Shown here: in pieces, positions 54,806 to 64,000 of the stretch
How the letters are laid out: every line of letters starts with the position of its first letter
Position numbering within the stretch: the stretch's first letter is position 1
From: an uncultured Thermoplasmata archaeon
Lineage (GTDB): Archaea > Thermoplasmatota > Thermoplasmata > Lutacidiplasmatales > UBA184
Direction: 5' to 3'
Length of the DNA stretch: 64,000 bases
Assembly: GCA_963708255.1 (NCBI GenBank)
Contig: CAVPSE010000002.1
Location: forward strand, 373,842 to 437,841
The notes under the pieces: generated by a model
Databases searched by the model: none
What the model was told of the DNA's origin: nothing
What the model saw: the letters and a program-made list of their open reading frames with translations, nothing else
Position numbers and translations under genes: made by a program

Positions 54806-56075
54806 ACGGCGCCGCTCGAACGGCCGGGCACGTCGTCCTCGCGTACTCCGGCGGCCTCGACACGTCGGTCGCCATCTCATGGATCAAAGAGCAGTACCAC
54901 GCCGAGGTGACCGCCCTGAGCGTGAACGTAGGCCAGGAAGGGGAGCTGGCCGGTGCCCTCGACAGGGCCCGCGCCAACGGGGCCAAGGATGCTCGTCTCA
55001 TCGATGCCCGGGAGACGTTCGTGACCGAGTTCCTCTGGCCGGCCGTGGCGGCGAACGCCCTCTACCAGGGAGTCTATCCTCTCTCGACGGCGCTCGCGCG
55101 CCCTCTGATCGCCCGGACCCTCGCCGAGGAGGCGCTCCAGGTCGGGGCGGACTCGGTCGCCCACGGCTGCACCGGCAAGGGGAACGACCAGGTCCGGTTC
55201 GACGTGGCCCTCCACACTCTCGCGCCATCCTTGCGGATCATCGCCCCGGTCCGCGAGTGGAACATGAACCGGGACGATGAGATCCAGGTACGCCCATGAT
55301 CGGGGCATCCAGATCCGGGTGACCCAGGCCTCTCCGTACTCGGTCGACGAGAACCTGTGGGGCCGATCCATCGAGGGCGGCCGCCTCGAGGACCCGTCCC
55401 AGCCGGCTCCGGAAGAGGTATTCGACTGGACCCACCACCCCGAAGAGTGGCCCAGGTCCCCGGAGGAGCTCCGCCTCACGTTCGAGGCGGGGGTCCCCAC
55501 CCGCATCGATGGGCAGCGCCTGGACCCTGTGACGCTCGTCCGCACGATGAACCAGCGCGCCGGCGCCCACGGGGTGGGACGCATCGATCACGTGGAGGAC
55601 CGTGTGATCGGGATCAAGTCCCGCGAGACGTACCGAGTGCCCGGGCGCGATGGCCATCCTGGAGGCCCACCGGGCCCTGGAAAGCCTCGTCCACCCTCGG
55701 GACCTCCTGAGCTTCAAGGCGAGCGTCGACCGACGCTTCTCCGACCTGGTCTATGAGGGGCTCTGGTTCAGCCCGCTACGGATCGCTCTCAGCGCGTTCG
55801 TCGCCGCCACCCAGCCGGTCGTCACCGGCGACGTGACGCTGCGGCTCTACCAGGGAACGGTCCGGGCCATCGGCCGGGAATCGCCGTACCTCGCTCCTCG
55901 CCCGGAGCTCGCAACGTTCGGCCGCGGGAGCGAGTTCCCCCAGGAGCTCGCCGTCGGCTTCATCCACCTCTACGGACTGCCCAACCAGCTCGCGCACGCG
56001 CGGCGCTCCCAGGCCGCGGGCGACGGGCCCGAGGCCCGAACCGGTGCTGCGCGAACGGTTCCGCCGACCGCTTGA
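54802..56075 (+). CDS. argG: Argininosuccinate synthase; two frame breaks
   Basis: The three pieces read VVLAYSGGLDTSVAISW ... HGCTGKGNDQVRFD ... REWNMNRDDEIQ | YAHDRGIQIRVT..PYSVDENLWGRSIEGG ... GRIDHVEDRVIGIKSRETY | ECPGAMAILEAHRALESL ... The breaks are at GGTAC 55287-55291 and GTACC 55630-55634. The ATGA overlap joins it to argB. Confidence 0.9.
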
Positions 56076-57568
56076 TCGGGCCGCCGCGCGGCTCTCGGAG
56101 TCGACCCGGGAGGATGCGGCCCTGTTGCCGCACGACCTGTGGGGCTCCCTCGCGCATGCCCGGATGCTCGGCCAGACCGGGATCATCCCGGCCGCGTCCG
56201 CCCGCCGGATCGAGGCAGGTCTACGGGGTCTTGCTCGGGAGGCCGCGCGGGGCCGGTTCCCCCTCGACCCGGCGCTCGAGGACGTCCACCTGAACGTCGA
56301 GGACGCGCTGACCCGACGGATCGGTCCGGACGGCGAACGTCTCCACACGGCCCGCAGCCGCAACGACCAGGTGGCGACGGACCTGCTCACGTACCGGCCG
56401 GGACGCCTTGCTCGCCCTCGAGCTCGCCACGCTCGCCGTCGCCGACGCGCTCTCGACGGCGGCCCGGGGTCCAGACGGCCGCAACGTCGTCGATGGCTGG
56501 ACCCACCTCCAGCCGGCCCAGCGACTCTACTGGGGCCAGATCCTCGGCACCCACGCGCTGCGGTTCGTGCGGGACGCGGAGCGGTTCTCCGCCCTCCGTC
56601 GACGATCCGATCGGTCGCCCCTCGGGAGCGGCGCGATCGCGGGGAGCTCATTGCCGATCGACCGGCGGCTCACCGCGCGGCTCCTCGGCTTCGGGTCGCC
56701 CACGGCGAGTTCGCTGGACGCGGTCTCGGACCGGGACGCGGCGGCCGAGACCCTCTTCGGTCTCGCCCTCCTCGCGACCCACGCCTCCGCGCTCGCGGAG
56801 GAGCTGGTCCTCGGTTCCATGCCCGGAGGTCCAACGGGTCCATCTCGCCGACGAGTTCGTCACGACGAGCTCGTTGATGCCCCACAAGCGAAACCCCGAT
56901 CTCGCGGAGCTCGCCCGGGCGGAAGCGTCGCCGGCGGTAGGGCGGCTCGTCAGCCACCTCTCCCTGCTGAAGGGGCTCCCCGCGGGGTACCAGCGAGACC
57001 TCCAGGTCGGCAAGCCGCTGCTCATCGAGGGGGTGGACCGGGGTTTGGGGGTTCTCGAGGTCCTGCGGGGGATGGTCGCGTCGGCGAGGTTCCTCTCACC
57101 TCCGTCCTCCGCTCCGGGGACGACCGGGTCCGTCGAACTGGCGGACGCCCTGGTCCGGGCAGGCGTCCCCTTCCGGTCCGCTCATGCCCGGGTCGGCCGT
57201 TGGCTATCGGCCCGGGAGAAAGGGCCCGGAGCGCTCCCTCCGAGAGGGAGATCGTCCGAGAGTTCCCGGAACTTGCCGCGGCTGGGTTCCACTGGCCGGC
57301 CCCCCACGAGGAGCCGGAGCGTCGACGCTCCCAGGGAGGGAGCTCCTGGCCTCAGGTCGAGCGGCTCCTCGGGGAGGTGGGCCGGCGATCCCAGAGCGCC
57401 CGGGCCGAAGCGGAACAGGAGATCCGCCGGCTCGCCCGGCTACGGACCGCGCTCGGGGCGTACCCGCCGGCGTTCCTGGGCCAGTTCACGTCGCGAGGGG
57501 TTCCGGCTCCGGCGCCCGCGGGGCGCGGGGAGCGGCGGTCGACGGCACGGCGGCGGCCTGCCCGGTGA
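56044..57568 (+). CDS. argH: Argininosuccinate lyase; three or four frame breaks, C-terminal end uncertain
   Basis: The pieces read WGSLAHARMLGQTGII ... HTARSRNDQVATDLLTY | GRDALLALELATL ... THLQPAQ ... SPLGSGAIAGSS ... | ...TSSLMPHKRNPDLAELARAE ... GYQRDLQ ... FRSAHARVG ... | ...ERRRSQGGSSWPQVERLL. The breaks lie at GTACC 56391-56395, at about 56824-56830 and at about 57225-57245. Confidence 0.88.
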
Positions 57569-57851
57569 GCGCCCCCTGCAAGAGGACAGACCGCTCCCGG
57601 GCGCTCAGGCCGGGGTGCTGTCCGTAGAGGTGGATCTCGAGACTGGCCCGGGTCGCGTACTCGCGCTGGCACACGGGGCATAGGAAGACCTGCGCCTCGC
57701 CGGTGAACCGGGCGCATCGGCAGTTCATGACGTGGCAGGGCATCGGGGTGGATCGGTCCCGGGGCCGGCTGAAGTGGCGCCGCAATCGACCATCCTGAGG
57801 GGCGAGGAGGTAGTGGCTTGCCCGGAGGTGGTCGCAGCCCTGGCACGGCAT
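57486..57851 (-). CDS. Small Cys/His-rich protein with a classical C2H2 zinc finger
   Basis: Within ORF 57486..57977, the ATG at 57851 is preferred because the TATA-like AATATAT (57976-57982) abuts the ORF's TTG start. The sequence is MPCQGCDHLRASHY...PCHVMNCRCARF...LCPVCQREYATRASLEIHLYGQH, which fits C-x2-C-x3-Y-x5-L-x2-H-x4-H. It is convergent with argH and overlaps its 3-prime end. Confidence 0.6.
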   Translation of the reverse strand: MPCQGCDHLRASHYLLAPQDGRLRRHFSRPRDRSTPMPCHVMNCRCARFTGEAQVFLCPVCQREYATRASLEIHLYGQHPGLSARERSVLLQGALTGQAAAVPSTAAPRAPRAPEPEPLAT

Positions 57852-57975
57852 CAGCCTCAGATGGCGGCGCTGTGTGACCACGGTTCGGGGCTCCCTTCGA
57901 GGGCCGGCGCCCGTGACCACGTCGACCCGACGACGCAGGCGGGGTGGGGCCCTTCTCCCGCCCTTGCCACGGCTC

Positions 57976-57982
57976 AATATAT
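57976..57982. promoter_or_regulatory. AT-rich TATA-like element between divergent genes
   Basis: AATATAT is the only AT-rich block between the zinc-finger gene (minus strand) and ACT-domain paralog 2 (plus strand). Confidence 0.4.
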
Positions 57983-58108
57983 CCCCAATGTCGCCCGCGC
58001 GACAAGTCGTCTCACGACGAACCTCGCCGTGCTAAGGGGTGTTCACTCCCCCCGACGTGGTCCAGCAATGTTCATGGACCCGACGAGGATCGGCCGGCCG
58101 AGAGGCCC

Positions 58109-58804
58109 TTGGGAGAAGTTCGGTCGCCCGGACCCACCGCCGCCGAGGTGACGCGGCGGTACATCGAGGAGCATCCGGCGATCCGGGATTGCCTGGGGTA
58201 CAACATCGTCAACTTCACCTCGCTCGCCCGGAAGATCCGCAGCGAGACCGGGCTCGCCAACCAGGAGGCGGTGGAGGTCGCCCTTCGTAGGTACCAACGC
58301 CAGATGAAGGCCGGCGCCACGCTCGAGGGTCGGGTCCTCGCGGTGGTGCGGGCGAGCCGGCTCGAGGTCCGGACCCGGGTCGCCATCATCACCGCCCGCA
58401 ACGACTGGGACATGCTCGCCAACGTGCTCGAGGCCGGTCGGACCCTGCTCGCGGACCGCCGGCACCTGCTCCAACTCCTTCAGGGTCCGGGGGCGATCAC
58501 GATCCTGTGCGAAGAGGACCTGGTGGATTCGGTGCTCGCCTCGGTCGGCAAGCGCGGCACGCTGGGGGTCCACCGCCAGTTGTCGGCCCTCACCGTCCGG
58601 AGCCCGGAGGACATCGTCGAGACTCCGGGAGTCCTCGCGTATCTCGCGGGCGCGCTCTTCCGCGCCGGGATCAACAGCCTCGAGCTGATGAGCGTCTACA
58701 CCGACTCCACGTTCGTAGTCCGGGAGAACGACGTCCTCCACGCGTTCCGGGTCCTGTCGGGTCTCGTGCACCCGCCGGTGGCCCCCGGCGATACGGTCGG
58801 GTAG
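58109..58804 (+). CDS. ACT-domain protein, putative amino-acid-responsive regulator; paralog 2
   Basis: The TTG at 58109 within ORF 57944..58804 gives MGEVRSPGPTAAEVTRRYIEEHPAIRDCLGYNIVNFTSLARKI, which is colinear with paralog 1. The C-terminus, ETPGVLAYLAGALFRAGINSLELMSVYTDSTFVVRENDVLHAFRVL, matches paralog 1 closely. Confidence 0.6.
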   Translation: MGEVRSPGPTAAEVTRRYIEEHPAIRDCLGYNIVNFTSLARKIRSETGLANQEAVEVALRRYQRQMKAGATLEGRVLAVVRASRLEVRTRVAIITARNDWDMLANVLEAGRTLLADRRHLLQLLQGPGAITILCEEDLVDSVLASVGKRGTLGVHRQLSALTVRSPEDIVETPGVLAYLAGALFRAGINSLELMSVYTDSTFVVRENDVLHAFRVLSGLVHPPVAPGDTVG

Positions 58805-58845
58805 CGTGCGAATCTCGCTCTCGCCGAATGGCGCGGCCGCTGAGG

Positions 58846-58853
58846 TATATATA
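58846..58853 (+). promoter_or_regulatory. TATA box (TATATATA) for the second binding-protein gene
   Basis: It lies 63-70 nt upstream of ATG 58916, the same long-leader architecture as the paralog at 35240. Both leaders end with TTGGGGAA 7-9 nt before the ATG. Confidence 0.5.
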
Positions 58854-58915
58854 CGTCGATAGCTAGGTGCCCTCCCCGAGCCGAGTTGTTTCGATCTCGG
58901 GCATTGGGGAAGTAG

Positions 58916-61900
58916 ATGTCGTCCGTCGGGGAGTCCCATTCGCCGGTCCACCGCCGTCTTAACCGCCGCGCCCTGTCACCGATCACCTCTGCCGTCGTCA
59001 TCGTGGTGGTTCTGGCCCTCGTCGGGGTCGCCACCTACGGGGTCATGGGCGGATTCTCCTCGAACGGTCCGGTCACCAGCTGCCGAGCCGGTGACCTCCT
59101 TCGTGTGCGGCCAGTTCGTGAATCTCCACGACGTGAGCCTCCTGGTCCCGTTCAAGTCGGTCCAGCAGGGCAGCGCGGTCCCCTTCACGGTCTCCCTCCC
59201 CCCGTCTGAGAACCCTACCAAGGTCACGCTGAACTACGGCGACGGCTCCTCCCCCGTCTCCGCCAGCGGCACTTCCCTCAGCTACAACTACTCCCACCCT
59301 GGGACGTACATCGTCGAGGCCCAGGCGACGGTCAACGGCCTCATCCATGACAACCTGCCCCATCTGACGGTCCTGACCGTGAGCCCGGCGTACAGGTCCG
59401 GGTCGGTCGGCAACCTCCCGTCCGTGGTCGGCGCCCTCACCGGGAACTCCACCACCGCGGTCGGCTCCACGGGTGCCACCGCGGTCCTTCACTCCGCGCA
59501 GTCGGTCTCCATCAACGGCTCCTACTCCTCCGCCCCGACCAACCCCCAGTTCTCCCCGGTCGCCCCGATGCTGCTCGCGCCGGGCGGCTCGTTCGTGTCG
59601 AATGAGTCGGGCGCCACCTGGGCCTCAGGCACGGTCAGCTACACGAACCCGGGCACCTACGACATCACCTTTGTCGGGGCGTCCCAGAGCGGGAACGTGA
59701 CGCTCTATCAGAACTATACGTGGACCGTCTTCGTGGCGGCCACGGGAACCGTCGTGGGCGCGGCCGGCGTGAGCCGGTCGGTCTCCCCGCACCCCGGACA
59801 GCTCGAGTTCTTCGAGCTCGCGCCCGGCGGCGCGGCCAGCGAGGACCCGGCGATCGACTACGAGACGGTCGGCATGGAACCGATCTTCAACGTGTACCAG
59901 ACCCTGATCTCTTACAACGGGACGGCCTCCGGGCCGACCCCGAACGACTTCATCCCCAACCTCGCGACGTGCGTGCCCGGGAGCCCCCAGTGCACGAACC
60001 TGTATGGCCACCCGCTCGTCAACGCCAACGGGACCGCGTTCACGTTCGTGATCAATCCGAACTCGTCGTTCTACGACGGAGCGACCCAGAAGAGCTGGGG
60101 CGTATGGCCGACAGACGTCCTGTTCTCCTACGCACGGACGATGGGCTTCTCGACCCTTCCATGTGTCTCGTGCAACAACGGCTGGATCATCGCCCAGGCC
60201 CTCCTGAGCGCGGGCAGCGCGACCTGGGACGCCATCCACTCGACGTACAACAACACGCCGCAGAACATCCTCAGCTCCATCCAGCTCAATGACTCGAGCA
60301 CGAGCCTGGGCGACGCGGCATGCCCCGCCGCCGCGCTCGACAACCCGGCCGTGTCGCACGGCTGCGTGACGTTCACCGCCAACGGCAACGGGCACCTCTG
60401 GCCGTACTTCCTTGAGCTGGTTGCCGACGCCCAGGGCGGCTCGATCGTCTCGTGCGGCTGGTTCTCGGCCTCGGGCCAGGGAGCGGGGATCCCGTCCTGG
60501 ACCTCCGGCAACTCCACGGGTTCCGGCGACCACCCCTGCGCCGCCCCCGGCAGCCCCGGCTGGGGTGAGCCCGCCGCCCTGATCCCGGCCGAAGGCTGGG
60601 ACCAGTGGGAGCAGCTCGGGAGCGGTTCGTTCGGCTACTTCCTCGGAAAGGTCCAGTGGGCGATGCTCGGGAGCGGCCCGTACTATGCCTCGGCCTACTC
60701 CGTCGGGATCTCCTACACCCTGAAGGCGAACCCGGCCTACCAACAGAACATGTTCTGCACCTGGAAGGGGTGCGAGCCGAAGGCAGGCAACTACGCGAAC
60801 CAGGTCTCCGTGACGTGGGAGACCTCGGCCACCCCCGGGGAGGATGCTCTCGTCGCCGGCGCCGCGGACGGCGCCTCGGTGCCGACCCAGGACCTGTCGC
60901 TGCTCCTCCAGCTGATCAACCAGGGGAAGGTCAACGCCGTGAGCGCCCCGACCCTCACGATCGGCTTCTATCCGTTCAACCTGCAGTTCAGCGTCGGCGC
61001 CGCGCAGAAGTTCACCACGAACCCGATCAGCGTGAGCAGCGACTGGTTCAGCTACCTCGGGATGCGGGAGTTCTTCGCCCGCGCCTACCCGTACCAGACG
61101 GTGGAGCAGTCGATCAACACCCGGGACGGGATCCAGTTCTCGTTCGACTACGGCGGGGCGATCCCCCAGTTCATGGCGAACTACTACCCGACCAACATCG
61201 CGTGGCCCAGCACGGACCCTTGCTCGGACCCGACCAGCTCCGCCTGCCCCATCTACTGGTGGGACCAGATGCAGAACGTCGGGGGCCCGTACTACGATGC
61301 GGAGGTGGCCCAGTGCAGTACCGAGCAACCCCTGCCAGATGCCGATGTTCGGGGAGACCGGCTCGGCCACGAACGATGAGATCATGTCCCTCTGGGCGAG
61401 CTCCGTCTCGTCGATCACCAACGGGGCCGTCAAGGTCTCCCCGGTGGACATCAACTTCGTCGACGTGCTGATCAACTCCGAGTCGACCGGCCCGGGCGCG
61501 AACCCGATGCCGTTGTACTCGCTCGGATGGGCGCCGGACTACCCCGACCCCACGGACTACGTGGCGCCCCTCTACGCGGCCAACGGTACGTATGCCTACG
61601 GCGACGCTCTGGCAGAAACGTTCTACACGCCTCCGTTCAGCTCCGGCTGCAACGTGACGGCCCCCGATTACAACTACTTCGCCAACTCCACCACGTGGGG
61701 CAACAACTGCCAGGGCGAGGCGTACAAGGCGATGCTCAACGTCCTGGGGATCGCGTCGGTGACCTCGCCGGGACCCTACCGTGTCCTGCTCTACGACATC
61801 GCGGAGAAGATCGCGAACCAGCTCGCGCTGTATGTCTATAGCGGGCAGTCGAACCTGGTCGCGACCGCCGCGTCGTGGATCGACATCAACTCGGTCGACA

Positions 61901-61983
61901 CCAACGTGACGGTCGGGGGCGGCGGCATCTCCGCGTTCTACTGGCTGACGGGCAACGGCGTCCAGTACGCCGGCTCGACGTAG
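58916..61983 (+). CDS. Giant ABC-transporter substrate-binding protein (family 5), paralog of 35240..38312; two frame breaks
   Basis: The anchor is AVVIVVVLALVGVATYGVMGG. The rest is colinear with the paralog (LLVPFKSVQQGSAVPF, LNYGDGSSPVSASGTSLSYNYSHPGTYIVEAQATV, EDPAIDYETVGMEPIFNVYQTLISYNG, YSLGWAPDYPDPTDYVAPLY). It is assembled from ORFs 58916..59209, 59091..61379 and 61297..61983, with breaks at about 59080-59086 and at GTACC 61318-61322. Confidence 0.8.
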
Positions 61984-62001
61984 TCGACGCGGCCGAAACC
62001 C

Positions 62002-62009
62002 CTTTAATC
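62002..62009 (+). promoter_or_regulatory. TATA box for pheS
   Basis: CTTTAATC lies 27 nt upstream of the GTG at 62031. Confidence 0.45.
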
Positions 62010-62030
62010 GGGGCCCCCGCTCGGCGAGCC

Positions 62031-63554
62031 GTGACGGACGACGACGGGAGCCCCTCGGCGGCGCCGGTCACGCTCTCCGAGCCCGAACGGCGGCTCCTCC
62101 GGGAGCTCCAGCGGGCCCCCGACGAGCGTCGGGACGAGGAGGAGCTCGCGCGGGCGCTCGACCTCCCCGTGGAGACCGCCCGCGGCAGCCTCCAGCGACT
62201 GCGGGCGAAGCATCTCGCGGTCGCCGAGGAGACCAGCACCTCCACCCCCCGGCTCACCCGGCGGGGGCAGGAGCTTCTGGCCGAAGGGCTCCCGGAGCGG
62301 CGCCTCCTGAAGATCCTTACGACGGCCGGCCCCGAGGGCCTCGGGCCGGAGGCCCTCGAGGCGGCCGGCATTCGCGGGGAGGAGCGCTCCGCCGCCATCG
62401 GGATCCTGCGACGCCGCCGGCTGCTATCCGACGGCGTGCCGTTCCGTCTCGCCCCCGGCGGTTCCCTGCCGGACCAGCTCCCCGAGGAACGCGCACTGCG
62501 CGATGTGGCGGACGGTTCTCCCGAGGTCGATGCGACCAGCCTCGCCGCGCTCCAGAAGCGCGGCCTCGCCTCCGTCGAGCGGAGCGTGGAACGGCACTGG
62601 GCCCCCTCCGACGAGGGTCGAAGGATGTCGGTCCCCGTCGACGATACTCCGACGATCGGCGCCATGACCCCGGAGCTGTTGCTCAGCGGCGCTTGGCGCG
62701 GGAGCGCGTTCCGGCCATACGATGTCCGGGCCCCGGTCCCGTACATCGGCGGAGCCCGCCCCCACCCCTACCTCGCGTGGGTGCGGGAGTTCGAGGAGAT
62801 CCTGATCGGGCTCGGCTTCGTGCAGTCCGAGGGGCCCCTCCTGGAGACGGAGTTCTGGAACGCGGATGTCCTCAACATGCCCCAGGAGCACCCGGCCCGG
62901 TCGATCCACGACGTGCTCGGTGTCCGGGGCGTCCAGGGTCACGCGCCCCCGAGCGAGCTGCTCGAGCGTGTCGCGGCGGTCCACGAGGGCCGGGCGCTCC
63001 CCGGGGAATCTCACCCCGTCGGACCTGGCTGGCGGTACCCGTACGATCGGGCCCTCGCGGGGCGTCCGGTCCTGCGCTCCCAGACCACGGCGGTCTCGGC
63101 AAGGTTCCTGGCCGCCCATCCGACCCCCCCGTTCCGCATGTACTGCCTCGACCGAAACTTCCGGCGCGAGGAGCTCGATGCGACCCACCACATCGAGTTC
63201 GGCCAGTGCGAGGGTCTCCTCGGCGAAGAGGGGATCACGTTGCGCCATCTCGTGGGGATGTTCCGGGAGCTGGCGGCCGCGATCGGGATCCGGGATCTCA
63301 AGATCCGCCCCAGCTACTTCCCATTCACCGAGCCTTCCGTGGAGGGATACGTCCGGCATCCCCGGCTCGGATGGATCGAGGTGTTCCCGGGCGGGTTGTT
63401 CCGGCCCGAGGTCCTCCGGCCCCTCGGGATCGAGGTCCCCGTGGCCGCCTGGGGGATCGGGGTCACCCGGCTCGCCATGATCTCGCTCGGCGTCTCGGAC
63501 ATCCGTGACCTGTTCGTGGACGACCTCGAGCGGCTGACCGGTCGGGAGGGGTAG
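62031..63554 (+). CDS. pheS: Phenylalanine--tRNA ligase alpha subunit
   Basis: GTG start within ORF 61875..63554. Class II motifs are HPYLAWVREFEEILIGLGF, MPQEHPARSIHD, LRSQTT, FRREELDATHHIEFGQCEG, PSYFPFTEPSVE and WGIGVTRLAM. The winged-helix-like N-terminal repeats are typical of archaeal PheS. Confidence 0.92.
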   Translation: MTDDDGSPSAAPVTLSEPERRLLRELQRAPDERRDEEELARALDLPVETARGSLQRLRAKHLAVAEETSTSTPRLTRRGQELLAEGLPERRLLKILTTAGPEGLGPEALEAAGIRGEERSAAIGILRRRRLLSDGVPFRLAPGGSLPDQLPEERALRDVADGSPEVDATSLAALQKRGLASVERSVERHWAPSDEGRRMSVPVDDTPTIGAMTPELLLSGAWRGSAFRPYDVRAPVPYIGGARPHPYLAWVREFEEILIGLGFVQSEGPLLETEFWNADVLNMPQEHPARSIHDVLGVRGVQGHAPPSELLERVAAVHEGRALPGESHPVGPGWRYPYDRALAGRPVLRSQTTAVSARFLAAHPTPPFRMYCLDRNFRREELDATHHIEFGQCEGLLGEEGITLRHLVGMFRELAAAIGIRDLKIRPSYFPFTEPSVEGYVRHPRLGWIEVFPGGLFRPEVLRPLGIEVPVAAWGIGVTRLAMISLGVSDIRDLFVDDLERLTGREG

Positions 63555-63555
63555 C

Positions 63556-64000
63556 GTGCCGCAGTCCACGATCGATCTTCCCCGCCTGATGGAGCTCCTC
63601 CCGCGGCCGCTCACCCACGAACAGCTCTCCGAGGTCCTGTGGAGCTCCAAGGCGGAGCTCGGGGCGATCGAGGGAGAGGAGGCCCGGATCGAGTGCACGG
63701 CGGACCGGCTCGACCTGCTCTGCGAGGGTGGGCTGGGCCTCCACCTTCAGGGGGTCCTCGGTGGACCCCAGGGGATGGCCCCGCTGGGCTCCGGCCACGC
63801 GAGAGTCCCGATGACCCTGCAGGTCGATCCATCGGTCGCCCCGCTGCGCCCGGCGATCGCTGCGGTGGTCGTGACGCCGCCAGATGGCCGCCAGCTCGAC
63901 GCGGGCCTGCTGGCCGAGGCCGTGCGGTTCCAGGAGTTGCTGCACGCCACGTACGGGGCGAACCGGCGGATCGCGAGCCTCGGGATCTACCCGATGGCCC
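63556..64000 (+). CDS. pheT: Phenylalanine--tRNA ligase beta subunit, 3-prime truncated by the window edge
   Basis: The GTG lies 2 nt after the pheS stop. The open frame runs to the window end (VPQSTIDLPRLMELL ... IECTADRLDLLCEGGLGLHLQGVLG ... LLAEAVRFQELLHATYGANRRIASLGIYP). Third-position G+C is high and the position after pheS is the conserved one. Confidence 0.75.
   Translation, partial: MPQSTIDLPRLMELLPRPLTHEQLSEVLWSSKAELGAIEGEEARIECTADRLDLLCEGGLGLHLQGVLGGPQGMAPLGSGHARVPMTLQVDPSVAPLRPAIAAVVVTPPDGRQLDAGLLAEAVRFQELLHATYGANRRIASLGIYPMA

Overview
A high-GC archaeal chromosome segment (roughly 65-70% G+C by eye; the 16S gene is markedly lower). Archaeal hallmarks are a split RNA polymerase A-prime/A-double-prime, L30e, KH-type NusA, RtcB, PriL, Csl4, Pth2, RibL with an archaeal-type riboflavin synthase, an intron-containing tRNA, and TATA boxes 25-30 nt upstream of many start codons. 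The 16S rRNA gene stands alone, with no tRNA-Ala, 23S or 5S after it, as in Thermoplasmata-like lineages; that lineage assignment is inference only. Gene content in order: rpoA1(partial)-rpoA2-rpl30e-nusA, a HAD hydrolase, 16S rRNA, ribB-ribL-ribC-ribH, birA plus a biotin-dependent carboxyltransferase set (12S, 5S, biotin carrier), rtcB, a giant S53 (sedolisin) surface protease, an M50 site-2 protease, priL, a CDP-alcohol phosphatidyltransferase, an AK6-like kinase, a second giant S53 protease and a paralogous glycoprotein, an SHMT-like enzyme, csl4, a COG2263 RNA methylase, tRNA-Leu, a PRC-barrel protein, ATP-dependent DNA ligase, rpe, a giant peptide-binding protein convergent with an oppBCDF-type operon, pth2, SRP54, a GltD-like oxidoreductase, a third S53 protease, an argCJBGH cluster flanked by two paralogous ACT-domain proteins, a small C2H2 zinc-finger protein, a second giant peptide-binding protein, and pheS-pheT(partial). 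Two things stand out. (1) About three dozen reading-frame breaks affect about 22 genes, including essential ones, and about half sit at GGTAC/GTACC, meaning one extra G 5-prime or C 3-prime of the palindrome GTAC. (2) There is a family of heavily N-glycosylation-sequon-rich, membrane-anchored surface proteins. Their short cytoplasmic tails end in textbook C2H2 zinc fingers or zinc ribbons, and the genes lie next to a site-2 protease. I found no CRISPR array, transposase, integrase or recognisable defence system. All calls rest on reading the supplied translations and the DNA; no database search was possible, and the ends of frame-broken genes are approximate.
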